From positions 4,460-68,459 of the IMG/VR virus record IMGVR_UViG_3300021419_000004: 64,000 nt of DNA; one strand, given 5' to 3'. This stretch comes from a virus. The notes beneath the pieces were generated by a model. The model ran no database searches, was not told the DNA's origin, and was given only the letters and a program-made list of their open reading frames with translations. Numbering within the stretch: the stretch's first letter is position 1; each line of letters begins with the position of its first letter. A program made the position numbers and the translations under genes. Shown here piece after piece: positions 53,644 to 61,887 of this stretch.

Positions 53644-54576
53644 TCAGTCCAGCTCATCAACTGCGGAGGCCAGGTCGCCGGCGCGCGGCTTGGTGTAGCG
53701 GCTGGTGGTCGAGATGTTGCTGTGCCCCAGCAGCTGCTGCACCACACGCATCTCCACGCCCTTGTCCAACAGCAGCCGGGTCGCGAAGGTGTGCCGCAGC
53801 GTGTGGGGAGTGGCCTTGCCGGCGTTGCCGGGCAGCCCCTGGCGGGCCTTGCTGAGCTGCTTGCGCACCGTGGAGGGGCTGACCACGCCGTGGCTGTCCC
53901 CGGGGAAGAGGTAGCCGCTCACAGGCCCGTCCTGCCGCTCCCGGAGATGCACCCAGCTGTCGATGAGCCTGCGTGCGCGGGAGTTCAACGGCACCCAGCG
54001 CAAGGTGTTGCCCTTGCACGGGCCGATGCCGGAGGGCTTCCAGCTCCGCTGCACCTCGATGCCCCAGGCCTTCCCCTGCCGCTGCAGGTCTCCTCGACGG
54101 AGCGCCACAGCCTCACCGACGCGCAGGCCGGTCTCAGGGAGCAACTGCAGGATGACGGCGATGTCGTCCGAGCAGACGTGCTGCACGGCGTTCCGGTACT
54201 CGTTGAGCTCCTCCTCGGTGAGACCCTCGCCCACGAAACCAGTCTCACCTACGTTGGCCCTGCGGACCTTGGGCAGCACCTGGCGTACGGCCCGGGAGGC
54301 GTCGTCCCTGGACGCCCCCTTGTAGCGCAGCCACCAGCGGACGGCGGCACTGTAGCTGTCCCGGGTGCCCCGGGGTGTAGCGGGAGAGACAGCCTGCTGC
54401 AGCCAATCCAGTGGAGGTACGGCGATTCGGCCCTGCTCATCCAACCACTGGTGGGCCAGTCGGGCGTAGGTGCCAGCGGAGGAGGGGCTGAGTCCACCGT
54501 CCTCCACGAGGTAGGCCACAAAGGCCTGCCGGGCGTTGTCGAGGGGGTCTGTGGATCGGCTGATGATGTCACCCAT
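53644..54576 (-). CDS. Tyrosine recombinase (XerC/D-like integrase)
   Basis: TGLRVGE, HTLRHTFAT, LLGH, TTSRY all intact. Confidence 0.95.
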   Translation of the reverse strand: MGDIISRSTDPLDNARQAFVAYLVEDGGLSPSSAGTYARLAHQWLDEQGRIAVPPLDWLQQAVSPATPRGTRDSYSAAVRWWLRYKGASRDDASRAVRQVLPKVRRANVGETGFVGEGLTEEELNEYRNAVQHVCSDDIAVILQLLPETGLRVGEAVALRRGDLQRQGKAWGIEVQRSWKPSGIGPCKGNTLRWVPLNSRARRLIDSWVHLRERQDGPVSGYLFPGDSHGVVSPSTVRKQLSKARQGLPGNAGKATPHTLRHTFATRLLLDKGVEMRVVQQLLGHSNISTTSRYTKPRAGDLASAVDELD

Positions 54577-54585
54577 GGATGCAGT

Positions 54586-55191
54586 CTACTCCTCTCCGGG
54601 GGCGGCAGGGGGAGCAGGCCGAAGGCGGGGCACTTGCTGCCGCTCTCGCAGGACCTGGACCTCCTCCAGCAGCCTGGATGGGCACAGGGCCGAAACGGGG
54701 TCGTAGGCGCCCCACAGCTCGACAGGGAGGCCGCAGAACTCGCAGCGGCCATCCTCGTCCTCGGCGTGCCCGAAGCGCGCCGCCTCGGCGTCCAAGTCTG
54801 CGGGGGGTACGGGGACTTGCGCCAGCGGCCGGGGCTCAAGCACGTCCATGGCCTCCGCCTCGCTGTGAGCGATGACCGCCAGGGCCCGGAGCGTCGCTTC
54901 GGCGTAGCCCGCGGCGTGCCCGTAGTCAGGGCCGGCTTCCTGCAGCATCTCCACAGCATCGTCTGCCAGGCCGGCGGCGTGCCTCAGGGTATCACCCAGG
55001 GCGCGCTGGGGCGCTGGTGGAGGCGGAGGCACGAGGGAGATGGGATCGGGGGGCAGATTCCGTCCCACAAGACCCTCGGGCCAGGGAGCCCCACAGGTCC
55101 CACAACCGCGCTGGTTCTCGGCGCAGATGGCGGTCCAGTTGCCCGTGACGCCGCAGCGGCACTGCACAATCTCGGAAGGCTGACGGTTCAT
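54586..55191 (-). CDS. Zn-finger protein
   Basis: CRCG, CGTCG, CEFCG. Confidence 0.65.
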   Translation of the reverse strand: MNRQPSEIVQCRCGVTGNWTAICAENQRGCGTCGAPWPEGLVGRNLPPDPISLVPPPPPAPQRALGDTLRHAAGLADDAVEMLQEAGPDYGHAAGYAEATLRALAVIAHSEAEAMDVLEPRPLAQVPVPPADLDAEAARFGHAEDEDGRCEFCGLPVELWGAYDPVSALCPSRLLEEVQVLRERQQVPRLRPAPPAAPGEE

Positions 55192-55517
55192 CACCGCTCC
55201 TGGTAGGCCATCTGGGCCCGGCAGTCGTTGCGAGGGCGGGTCGTGCAGGTGACTTCGATCACGCCGTGGGGTGTGCCTGCGAAGCACTGGTACACGTCGT
55301 TGCCTGCAGGGATGACCCGCCACGCGCAGATGGCGTCGGCGCCCTGGTAGGCGTCGATGACGCTGGCGGCGTCCTGCTCGGCCATGGGGGCGTACTCGTC
55401 AGCCTTGTAGGCCTCCACGATGATGGCGGTGAGCGCGCATACACCCACGATGAGGCCGAGAAGGAAGGGCCAAAGGTTGCGGAGCCGGTACCGGTCCCGC
55501 ACTCGTGCAGTCTGCAT
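55191..55517 (-). CDS. Membrane-anchored Cys-containing protein
   Basis: TM LWPFLLGLIVGVCALTAII. Confidence 0.65.
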   Translation of the reverse strand: MQTARVRDRYRLRNLWPFLLGLIVGVCALTAIIVEAYKADEYAPMAEQDAASVIDAYQGADAICAWRVIPAGNDVYQCFAGTPHGVIEVTCTTRPRNDCRAQMAYQER

Positions 55518-55527
55518 GTCGTCGTCC

Positions 55528-55974
55528 TCAGCCGGCGGAGAGCCGCTCGGCGCAGATGGGCCCAAGGCCCCGTTGGATGGATTCAGGGTTGGTCAGTGGG
55601 CGCCCGCAGGCGCTGCACTTGCCCTCGTGGAAGAAGCGGACCTGGGCCAGCTTGTCGGCGTTGTGGTTGTAGAGCTGGGCGTGTAGCCAGCGGAAGGCGG
55701 CGGAGGCTTGGTAGGGGCCGGAGATACTGAGAGGCAGCGGGCCAGCGCCACGGAGCTCGGAGACACAGCTCCGGTCCTCGGAGAGCGTACCCAGCCACTC
55801 CGCCCTGCCTTCCAGGCCTCCGCGCATCCAGTAGAGCGCGGTGCCATCGAGTTGGAAGGTCAGGTGCTTGTCGGTGCGGCTGGACTGCAGAGTGAACACG
55901 GCGTGCTTGCCCTGCAGGAAGCGCTTGATGTCCTCCGGCTCGGTGAGCTCGCCGCGGCGGGAGGCAGTGGTCAT
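55528..55974 (-). CDS. DUF6011-like Zn-ribbon protein
   Basis: GKCSACGRPLTNPESIQRGLGPICA. Confidence 0.8.
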   Translation of the reverse strand: MTTASRRGELTEPEDIKRFLQGKHAVFTLQSSRTDKHLTFQLDGTALYWMRGGLEGRAEWLGTLSEDRSCVSELRGAGPLPLSISGPYQASAAFRWLHAQLYNHNADKLAQVRFFHEGKCSACGRPLTNPESIQRGLGPICAERLSAG

Positions 55975-56468
55975 CGCCGCCTCTTCTTGCCGCGACGGTT
56001 GCGGCCCTTGCCCTTGTGGTTGCTGCCCCGCCTGGCGGCCCGGTTGTTGGGTGGTGCGCCCGGTGCGAGTGCTTCGAGGCGGTCTATGTAGGGGTGGCTG
56101 GGCTGGAGACGATCAAGTCCATGGTGATAGGTGCCGATGGCCCGTTGAATCTTCTCCGGCCAGCCGCGCTTGAACTGCACCAGACAGCCGGCGTGGAGGG
56201 TGTTGCTCAGGTACGCAGGGTGAGCCTCCACGGGTTCGTCCAAGATCTCCGCGTGGACGCCGGGCTCCTGCTCCAGCAGCTCTTTGACCTCCCGGGCTGT
56301 TTCAGCCGGGCCGGTCACAGCATACACGCCATCCTCGGTGGTGATCTTGATGCAGACCTCGCCGTCTCGCAGCTTGCCCTGCACGTAGGCCAGCCCATCG
56401 TTGTGCTCAGTTGCTGCGGGCGTGCCTGCTGCATCTGCGCGGGCCGTCACGTCTTCCTTAGCGCTCAT
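55971..56468 (-). CDS. Hypothetical protein with basic tail
   Basis: Coupled ORF. Confidence 0.65.
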   Translation of the reverse strand: MSAKEDVTARADAAGTPAATEHNDGLAYVQGKLRDGEVCIKITTEDGVYAVTGPAETAREVKELLEQEPGVHAEILDEPVEAHPAYLSNTLHAGCLVQFKRGWPEKIQRAIGTYHHGLDRLQPSHPYIDRLEALAPGAPPNNRAARRGSNHKGKGRNRRGKKRRR

Positions 56469-57453
56469 CGGAGGGCCCCGGGCCGATGTCGTGGAAGCCG
56501 GGCATCCCGGCCCAGGAGTCTCGGACCAAGGGCTCCGAGAAGGCGAGGGCCTTGAGGGTCTTCGCCCTCTCGTTGTCGATCAGGCAGGGATCCTGCATGT
56601 AGTCGAGCAGCAGGGGGAGCAGGATGTCCTGGCACGCGGTGGAGGGCTTGTAGGCGATGGCCCGCACTTCGTCCTCGGTCGCCTCCCTTGCCGCATCGAC
56701 GTTCTGGGCAAAGCAGCGGGGGAGGTGGTAGGGCCGGTTGAGCAGGCATCCTCGGGAGCTGGTCCAGAAGCGCAACTGTCCGTGCACGGACAGGGAGAGC
56801 AGCGGCCTGTCTGCGTAGTAGTGCACGGTCCAGTCGGAGGTAGGGGTAGGCCGCCCCAGGCTGACGCCGAAGGCGCCGTTGGGCGTCACCTTGGAGATCC
56901 GGGCCGTCAGCAGCGGCGGCCCGGACTTCTGCTTGATCTCCCGCAAGCTGGCCCGGAGCAGGCCATCGGTGCTGATCCATCCGTAGCCGGGGGCGATGGG
57001 CGGGATGGTGCTTGCGGGCTTCGTGGAGGTTGCCTCGGAGGCGGCCTCGGCGGCCCTGGCCTGCTGGGCCTTCGTCGGGGAGTAGGCGTAGCGGCCCTGG
57101 TAGAGGATGGAGTTCCGCACGCTGGTTGCCAGCAGCATGGCCAGGGCTTGCATCGCGGCATCCACGATCTGTTGCTCGGTGGCGTCTTCGTCCAGCGGCC
57201 ACCAGTTCCCGACAGCTCCGCACCCGTAGCCGATGCGGAGGAGCAGTTGGCCATGCGTGCTGCCGTGGTAGACGGCCTCCCAGCGGAGCCCTTCGGTTCT
57301 CAGCAGGGACGGCCCCAGCTCGATGCCGCGGAGCACGCGGAAGAGGCGGTCGAGGGGGATGCGGCCCGGGGCAAGGCCCTCGGGGAGGCGCGCGAGGGGG
57401 GCAGGTTGTTCCTGCAGGCAGGTGGTCTTGATGCGCTGATGGTAGACGGCCAT
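56458..57453 (-). CDS. Hypothetical protein
   Basis: GACACACGACACGGAGA leader before MAVYHQ. Confidence 0.7.
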   Translation of the reverse strand: MAVYHQRIKTTCLQEQPAPLARLPEGLAPGRIPLDRLFRVLRGIELGPSLLRTEGLRWEAVYHGSTHGQLLLRIGYGCGAVGNWWPLDEDATEQQIVDAAMQALAMLLATSVRNSILYQGRYAYSPTKAQQARAAEAASEATSTKPASTIPPIAPGYGWISTDGLLRASLREIKQKSGPPLLTARISKVTPNGAFGVSLGRPTPTSDWTVHYYADRPLLSLSVHGQLRFWTSSRGCLLNRPYHLPRCFAQNVDAAREATEDEVRAIAYKPSTACQDILLPLLLDYMQDPCLIDNERAKTLKALAFSEPLVRDSWAGMPGFHDIGPGPSDER

Positions 57454-57528
57454 GAGGATCTCCGTGTCGTGTGTCTGGTCTGCCCGGCTCACGCCAGGCG
57501 GTGCTCTACAGCTATAGCTGCGGGATCC

Positions 57529-57648
57529 GGTCGCGTAAAGGAGCATTTACGCGATTAGCAAAAAACCCAGTGATTTCAAGCACTTACGCGCCGATCGCCA
57601 AATAAAGTGGATAAAACACTTTACGCGACGCGATCCCCCTCCTATGTT
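57529..57648. promoter_or_regulatory. AT-rich divergent control region with four TTACGCG sites, an inverted pair and promoter TTTACG-N17-TATGTT
   Basis: TCGCGTAAA-GGAGCA-TTTACGCGA (57531-57554), further copies at 57584 and 57620. Confidence 0.75.
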
Positions 57649-57747
57649 GTTTGAGGCCGGGCAAGACAAGCCCGCAGGCAAAGCGGCCCGCCTACTGCCG
57701 CTGACCGCCTGCTACCCTTCCCCCAACCCCCACCAACTGGAGCCCCG

Positions 57748-58230
57748 ATGTCCCGCAAGTCCCTGATCATGTCCCTGCACTCCGCCAACCCCGGCCACAC
57801 CCTGGACGACATTGAGGAGGTTTTCGACCTCGGCGCCACCTCCGTCGAGGAGACCGAAGCAGCCGGAGAGGATCCCTATGCCGCCTGGGCCAGCATGACC
57901 TTGGTCGCCGCAGAAGAGGCCTTGAACGCAGCGGCAGACGCCGATGATGCGGACTACCCCGACCTGCCTGCAGTGTTCCTCGCTGGCGTCAACGCAGCAC
58001 TCCCCAAGGCCACCATCGACTACTACGTGGAGCTGCTGGAGTTGGACGCCCCTGACCTCGATGACGAGCAACTCGCCATCGGCTTCGGCTACAACGACTC
58101 CCACATCATGGACCCCACCATGGACGAGGGCATGCAGCCGGTGGACCCCGTGGGCTTCTACGGAAAGCCGCTCATCGACGCCTGGATCTCCAGGGCCATC
58201 GCCTACGCCAACCAGCACGGCTACCAGTAG
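57748..58230 (+). CDS. Highly acidic hypothetical protein
   Basis: GGAG RBS; D/E-rich. Confidence 0.75.
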   Translation: MSRKSLIMSLHSANPGHTLDDIEEVFDLGATSVEETEAAGEDPYAAWASMTLVAAEEALNAAADADDADYPDLPAVFLAGVNAALPKATIDYYVELLELDAPDLDDEQLAIGFGYNDSHIMDPTMDEGMQPVDPVGFYGKPLIDAWISRAIAYANQHGYQ

Positions 58231-58231
58231 C

Positions 58232-58450
58232 ATGCCCAAGCGCCTCCCGACCATCATCAGCATCACCGGCGCCAGGTCGAAGGACGAAGCGCTGGCAGCG
58301 ATGGCGGACGCGTGGACCTTCATGCAGGAAGAGCAGGAGCGCCGCTTGCGCTCCCCTCGTGTCTTCCAGCACACCGGACGGGACCACCTCGTCTACTGGT
58401 GCAGCGGCCCGCACGACACCCGCCGCCTCACCATCCAGATCAGACACTGA
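58232..58450 (+). CDS. Small hypothetical protein
   Basis: Starts MPKRLP right after upstream stop. Confidence 0.6.
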   Translation: MPKRLPTIISITGARSKDEALAAMADAWTFMQEEQERRLRSPRVFQHTGRDHLVYWCSGPHDTRRLTIQIRH

Positions 58451-58474
58451 CCTCAACCCCCGACAGGACGCGCC

Positions 58475-58753
58475 ATGGACCCCAAGATCACCCACCTCAA
58501 CGCACGCCATCAGCAGCAGCTCGCCTTCGTCATCGACTGCAACACCATCATCGACCGCTTCCTGCGTGCCGTGCGTCGCGGTGCCGCTCCTGCTGAGGCC
58601 TGGAACGACCAGATCGACTGGCTGGATGCCTGGGCCGAGGAGATGAAGGACTGCGGCCGCCTGGACGCCGCGGAGAGCGCCAAGCAACTCGCCAAGTGGT
58701 GGTGCACCATCGACCCCCGGGCACTGGCCGCAGACGTGCGGGCTACGGCGTGA
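58475..58753 (+). CDS. Hypothetical protein
   Basis: AGGA RBS. Confidence 0.65.
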   Translation: MDPKITHLNARHQQQLAFVIDCNTIIDRFLRAVRRGAAPAEAWNDQIDWLDAWAEEMKDCGRLDAAESAKQLAKWWCTIDPRALAADVRATA

Positions 58754-58896
58754 GCCGCGCGCCCAAGTCCTACCCTTGGGTGGCTGTGCTGCTGGCGGTG
58801 CTGGGCTTCTTCGCGCTGCCGATCTTCTTCGGTCTCGGAGAGGCTCTGGTCTCCTGCGGCTACGCACCGCCCCCCGGGTTCCACCCCTCCCACTGA
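58750..58896 (+). CDS. Small membrane protein
   Basis: GTGA overlap, TM WVAVLLAVLGFFALPIFFG. Confidence 0.55.
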   Translation: MSRAPKSYPWVAVLLAVLGFFALPIFFGLGEALVSCGYAPPPGFHPSH

Positions 58897-58903
58897 ACGC
58901 AAA

Positions 58904-58938
58904 GAGCCCCCGACATGCACCATGCACATCGGGGGCTC
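58904..58938. terminator. Terminator hairpin between convergent operons
   Basis: GAGCCCCCGA...TCGGGGGCTC, short T tract on minus strand. Confidence 0.65.
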
Positions 58939-58968
58939 AGCCAATCTCCGGCACGGAGAGAGTGGACT

Positions 58969-59595
58969 CTACACCTGGGCGTCAGCACTCGGCAAGGGGA
59001 GGGGCTGGCAGCTCTCGGATTCCGCGGTGTCCAGCAGCACGGAGCGCAGGACCATCCGCAGGCCGATGACGCGGCCCTCACGGGTCTCAGGGATGCAGAC
59101 CAAGGCGTCACCATCGGGGACGTGCAACGCTGCCATGGGCAGGCCGGTCTCGCTGAACCCGGAGCCGTTCTCCCGGCACAGGTCGGCGGCCACCCACTGG
59201 GACTCGTCCAGCAGGTGCATGTTGCACACCGGCATCGGGTAGCCCTCCTCGGAGGTCCGCACGAATTGCTCGATCTTGCCCTTGCGGAGCTGGGCCTCAG
59301 CAGCGTCCTTGCAGGGGATGCGGACGGTGCCGTCGGGCAGGGTCTGCACGCTCGCACGCAGGTGCTCGCTCAGCATCCGCTTGGCCAGGTAGAGGTTGAT
59401 GTCGGTGCCCTTCTTGCCAGGCGTGTAGAGGTCCAGGCAGGCCTGCCCGCGCGCACCGCGGTTGAGCTGGCGCCACATCTCATCGATGTCTTGCGGCTCC
59501 GCGATGACCACGTTGGTGCCATGGCCCAAGACCGGCTTGCGGTTGAGCTCCATGACGAAAGCGCCTGGGGCATCGGAGAAGGAGTTGATCTTCAT
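58969..59595 (-). CDS. Hypothetical protein
   Basis: GAGGACGAC-ATG, MKINSF. Confidence 0.7.
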   Translation of the reverse strand: MKINSFSDAPGAFVMELNRKPVLGHGTNVVIAEPQDIDEMWRQLNRGARGQACLDLYTPGKKGTDINLYLAKRMLSEHLRASVQTLPDGTVRIPCKDAAEAQLRKGKIEQFVRTSEEGYPMPVCNMHLLDESQWVAADLCRENGSGFSETGLPMAALHVPDGDALVCIPETREGRVIGLRMVLRSVLLDTAESESCQPLPLPSADAQV

Positions 59596-59767
59596 GTCGT
59601 CCTCGTGTGGGGGAAGGGGAGGGGAACAAGGTAGCACGCGGAAGTGGGCACGCCACCCTGCGGCGCCCAGGGATCCGAAGACCCCCAGGCACCGGGGCGG
59701 AGAGGACGAGAATCCACCCAGGCGGAGGTTAGCACGGGGCCGGGGCTGCGGCGACTGCGATTCCCGG

Positions 59768-61879
59768 CTACCGCGGCAGCGCGCTGAGCATCGCCTTGCG
59801 CAGGGTCGCCGCCTGCACCATCTGCGAGATGGTATCGATGACCGTCGGCACGCTGGCGGCGCCCTGAGCCCAGGCACCGGACAAGACCGACTGGTCCACC
59901 AGGGTGGAGTCCTCCAGGCGCCAGCCCGATGCCCCGTAGAGCCGGATGGACACGTCGTCTCCGGAGCGGCGGACCACGACCGTGAAGTAGCGGGCGCCTG
60001 GGACTGTGGCCACGCCACCGAAGGGGTTCCGCGCCTGCTCCTGGGTCTTGTAGGTCAGCACCCAGCCTTGCTTGGGGCCCTTGCGCACCCCAGGGGAGAG
60101 CTTTTTGCCTGCCTTGGGGCTCTCCAGGGAGCTGGGGACGGTGACCTTGAAGGCGGAGCCCTTCCGCATCGCTGCGTTCAGCACCTCCGCGAAGGACCCC
60201 TCCCCGGCCCGGGCGGCGGCGTTCTTGACCTTGCGCTCCGCCTGGACACGTGCGGCTGCAGCGTCCTCCGCGGCTTTGATGCGCGCCATGCGCTCTTCAA
60301 ACTCGGGGAGCTCCAGCTCCAGGCCGGTGATGGCGCGTGCGGACTGGAGGGCGTTGGGCGTGATCTGCCGGAGGAACTCCTGATCCCGGCGGGACCACTT
60401 CCAGCCTGCACTCTTCACAGCTCGCCAGGCCTCGCCCATGCGCTCATCGAACTCCAGGCGCAGGCGGTCCCGGTCGTAGTCCACGTAGAGCGTGCCCGAA
60501 GGGAGCTCGTGGATGGTGCCGAAGTGCTCCCAGGGATGCCCGGAGAACTCAAACTCCTGCACACCGGCGGCCTCTTCTCGAGCCCGCAGCGTCTCCGCCC
60601 GCACCGCAGCTGCCCGGGCTGCAGTGGAGGTGCCTGCGGTCTCCTGTTTGGCCTGAGCTCGCAGCATCTCGGCGCGCTGGCGGCGCTGGGTGTGCGTCAG
60701 GCGCTGACGCTGGGGAGCCTCCCCGAAGCCGCCCAGCCGCGCGACCTCACGCCGCAGGCTCTCTCGACGCTTGTCCAGGTGCGGCGTCAGGCCGGAACCA
60801 CGGGTAGCGGATTCGGTCAGGTCCATGTAGGCCTTGATGGCGGCCTGGCGGTTCGCCTCTCGCTTGTCCGCGACAGCCTCCAGGCGCAGGGTCTCCAGCT
60901 CCTGCTTGATGCGCTTGCCGGCCTTGGGCAGGATGGCTGCGGCTTCCTGCAGGCGGCGGTCCGCGCTCTCATGCTTCTTCTGCTCCCGGCGCTCGTTGCG
61001 TCCTGCAGGCCCGGTGACCATCCAGCTGGTCGTGCGGGACTTCGATCCCAGGAAGCTCTTGACCGCCCCCAGGTAGGCCTGCCGCGCATTCTCGAGCTCC
61101 GCCTCAAGCCATGCAGGGTCCGCAGCCTCCGCAAGGGACCGCAGCTGCTGGGCCCACTTGTTGAAGGTGCGGGCGTAGTCCCGGCGGGCGTTCTCGCCTC
61201 GGCGCTCCGAGAAGTGGGACGTACCCTCGAAGGCCTGACGAGCGGCCGCCTTGTCGATGTCGTCCGGCATCGCCACAGCCCGGCCAGGCTGGCGCACTCC
61301 CGGTAGGATGTAGCTGCCCTGCCAGATCAGCTCTCCGGTGGTGATCATGTCCTGGGCGACCTTGGAGAGGTTGGTACCGGGAGGGGCAAACACACCGCCG
61401 ACGGGCGCCTTCCGCTCCGCCGGGTCCGCGAAACGCTGGCGCTTGCGCTCGATCTGCCACCACTCGGAGGCGTCGTCGGCCATGTCGGTGAGCTCCCGCT
61501 CAGCCACCCGCATGCGCTTCTCTTCGTAGGCCTCTTCGACCAGCGGCACCAGGGCCTCTTGATGCGCTTCCATCCAGGCAGCAAGGGCTGGGTCCAGCTT
61601 CTGCGCGCCCTCGAGGAGTCGAGCGAAGAGGCGGGCACCGGCGGAGGGCTTGCCGATGTTGCGACGGCGAGGGAGGCTACTTGCCCGGGCGCCGGCGACG
61701 AACTTGGAGGGCAGGTGCCGGTCCAGAATCCACTCCATCTCCTGCTGCGGCCACTGCGGGTAGAAGTTGGCCAGGGCCTTCATAGCCTCCACATACTCCC
61801 GCCACTCCTTCTGGAGGGCGGGATGGTATTGGCCGATGTCCCGGAGGAGGGCGCGCTCAGTGGCTTTGGTGGGGGGCAT
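59768..61879 (-). CDS. Polyvalent-type multidomain protein (DUF3560-like region)
   Basis: TSHFSERRG...SWMVTGPAGRNERR; DRLRLEFD...KSAGWKWS...RQITPNA. Confidence 0.65.
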   Translation of the reverse strand: MPPTKATERALLRDIGQYHPALQKEWREYVEAMKALANFYPQWPQQEMEWILDRHLPSKFVAGARASSLPRRRNIGKPSAGARLFARLLEGAQKLDPALAAWMEAHQEALVPLVEEAYEEKRMRVAERELTDMADDASEWWQIERKRQRFADPAERKAPVGGVFAPPGTNLSKVAQDMITTGELIWQGSYILPGVRQPGRAVAMPDDIDKAAARQAFEGTSHFSERRGENARRDYARTFNKWAQQLRSLAEAADPAWLEAELENARQAYLGAVKSFLGSKSRTTSWMVTGPAGRNERREQKKHESADRRLQEAAAILPKAGKRIKQELETLRLEAVADKREANRQAAIKAYMDLTESATRGSGLTPHLDKRRESLRREVARLGGFGEAPQRQRLTHTQRRQRAEMLRAQAKQETAGTSTAARAAAVRAETLRAREEAAGVQEFEFSGHPWEHFGTIHELPSGTLYVDYDRDRLRLEFDERMGEAWRAVKSAGWKWSRRDQEFLRQITPNALQSARAITGLELELPEFEERMARIKAAEDAAAARVQAERKVKNAAARAGEGSFAEVLNAAMRKGSAFKVTVPSSLESPKAGKKLSPGVRKGPKQGWVLTYKTQEQARNPFGGVATVPGARYFTVVVRRSGDDVSIRLYGASGWRLEDSTLVDQSVLSGAWAQGAASVPTVIDTISQMVQAATLRKAMLSALPR

Positions 61880-61887
61880 CTGAGGTC

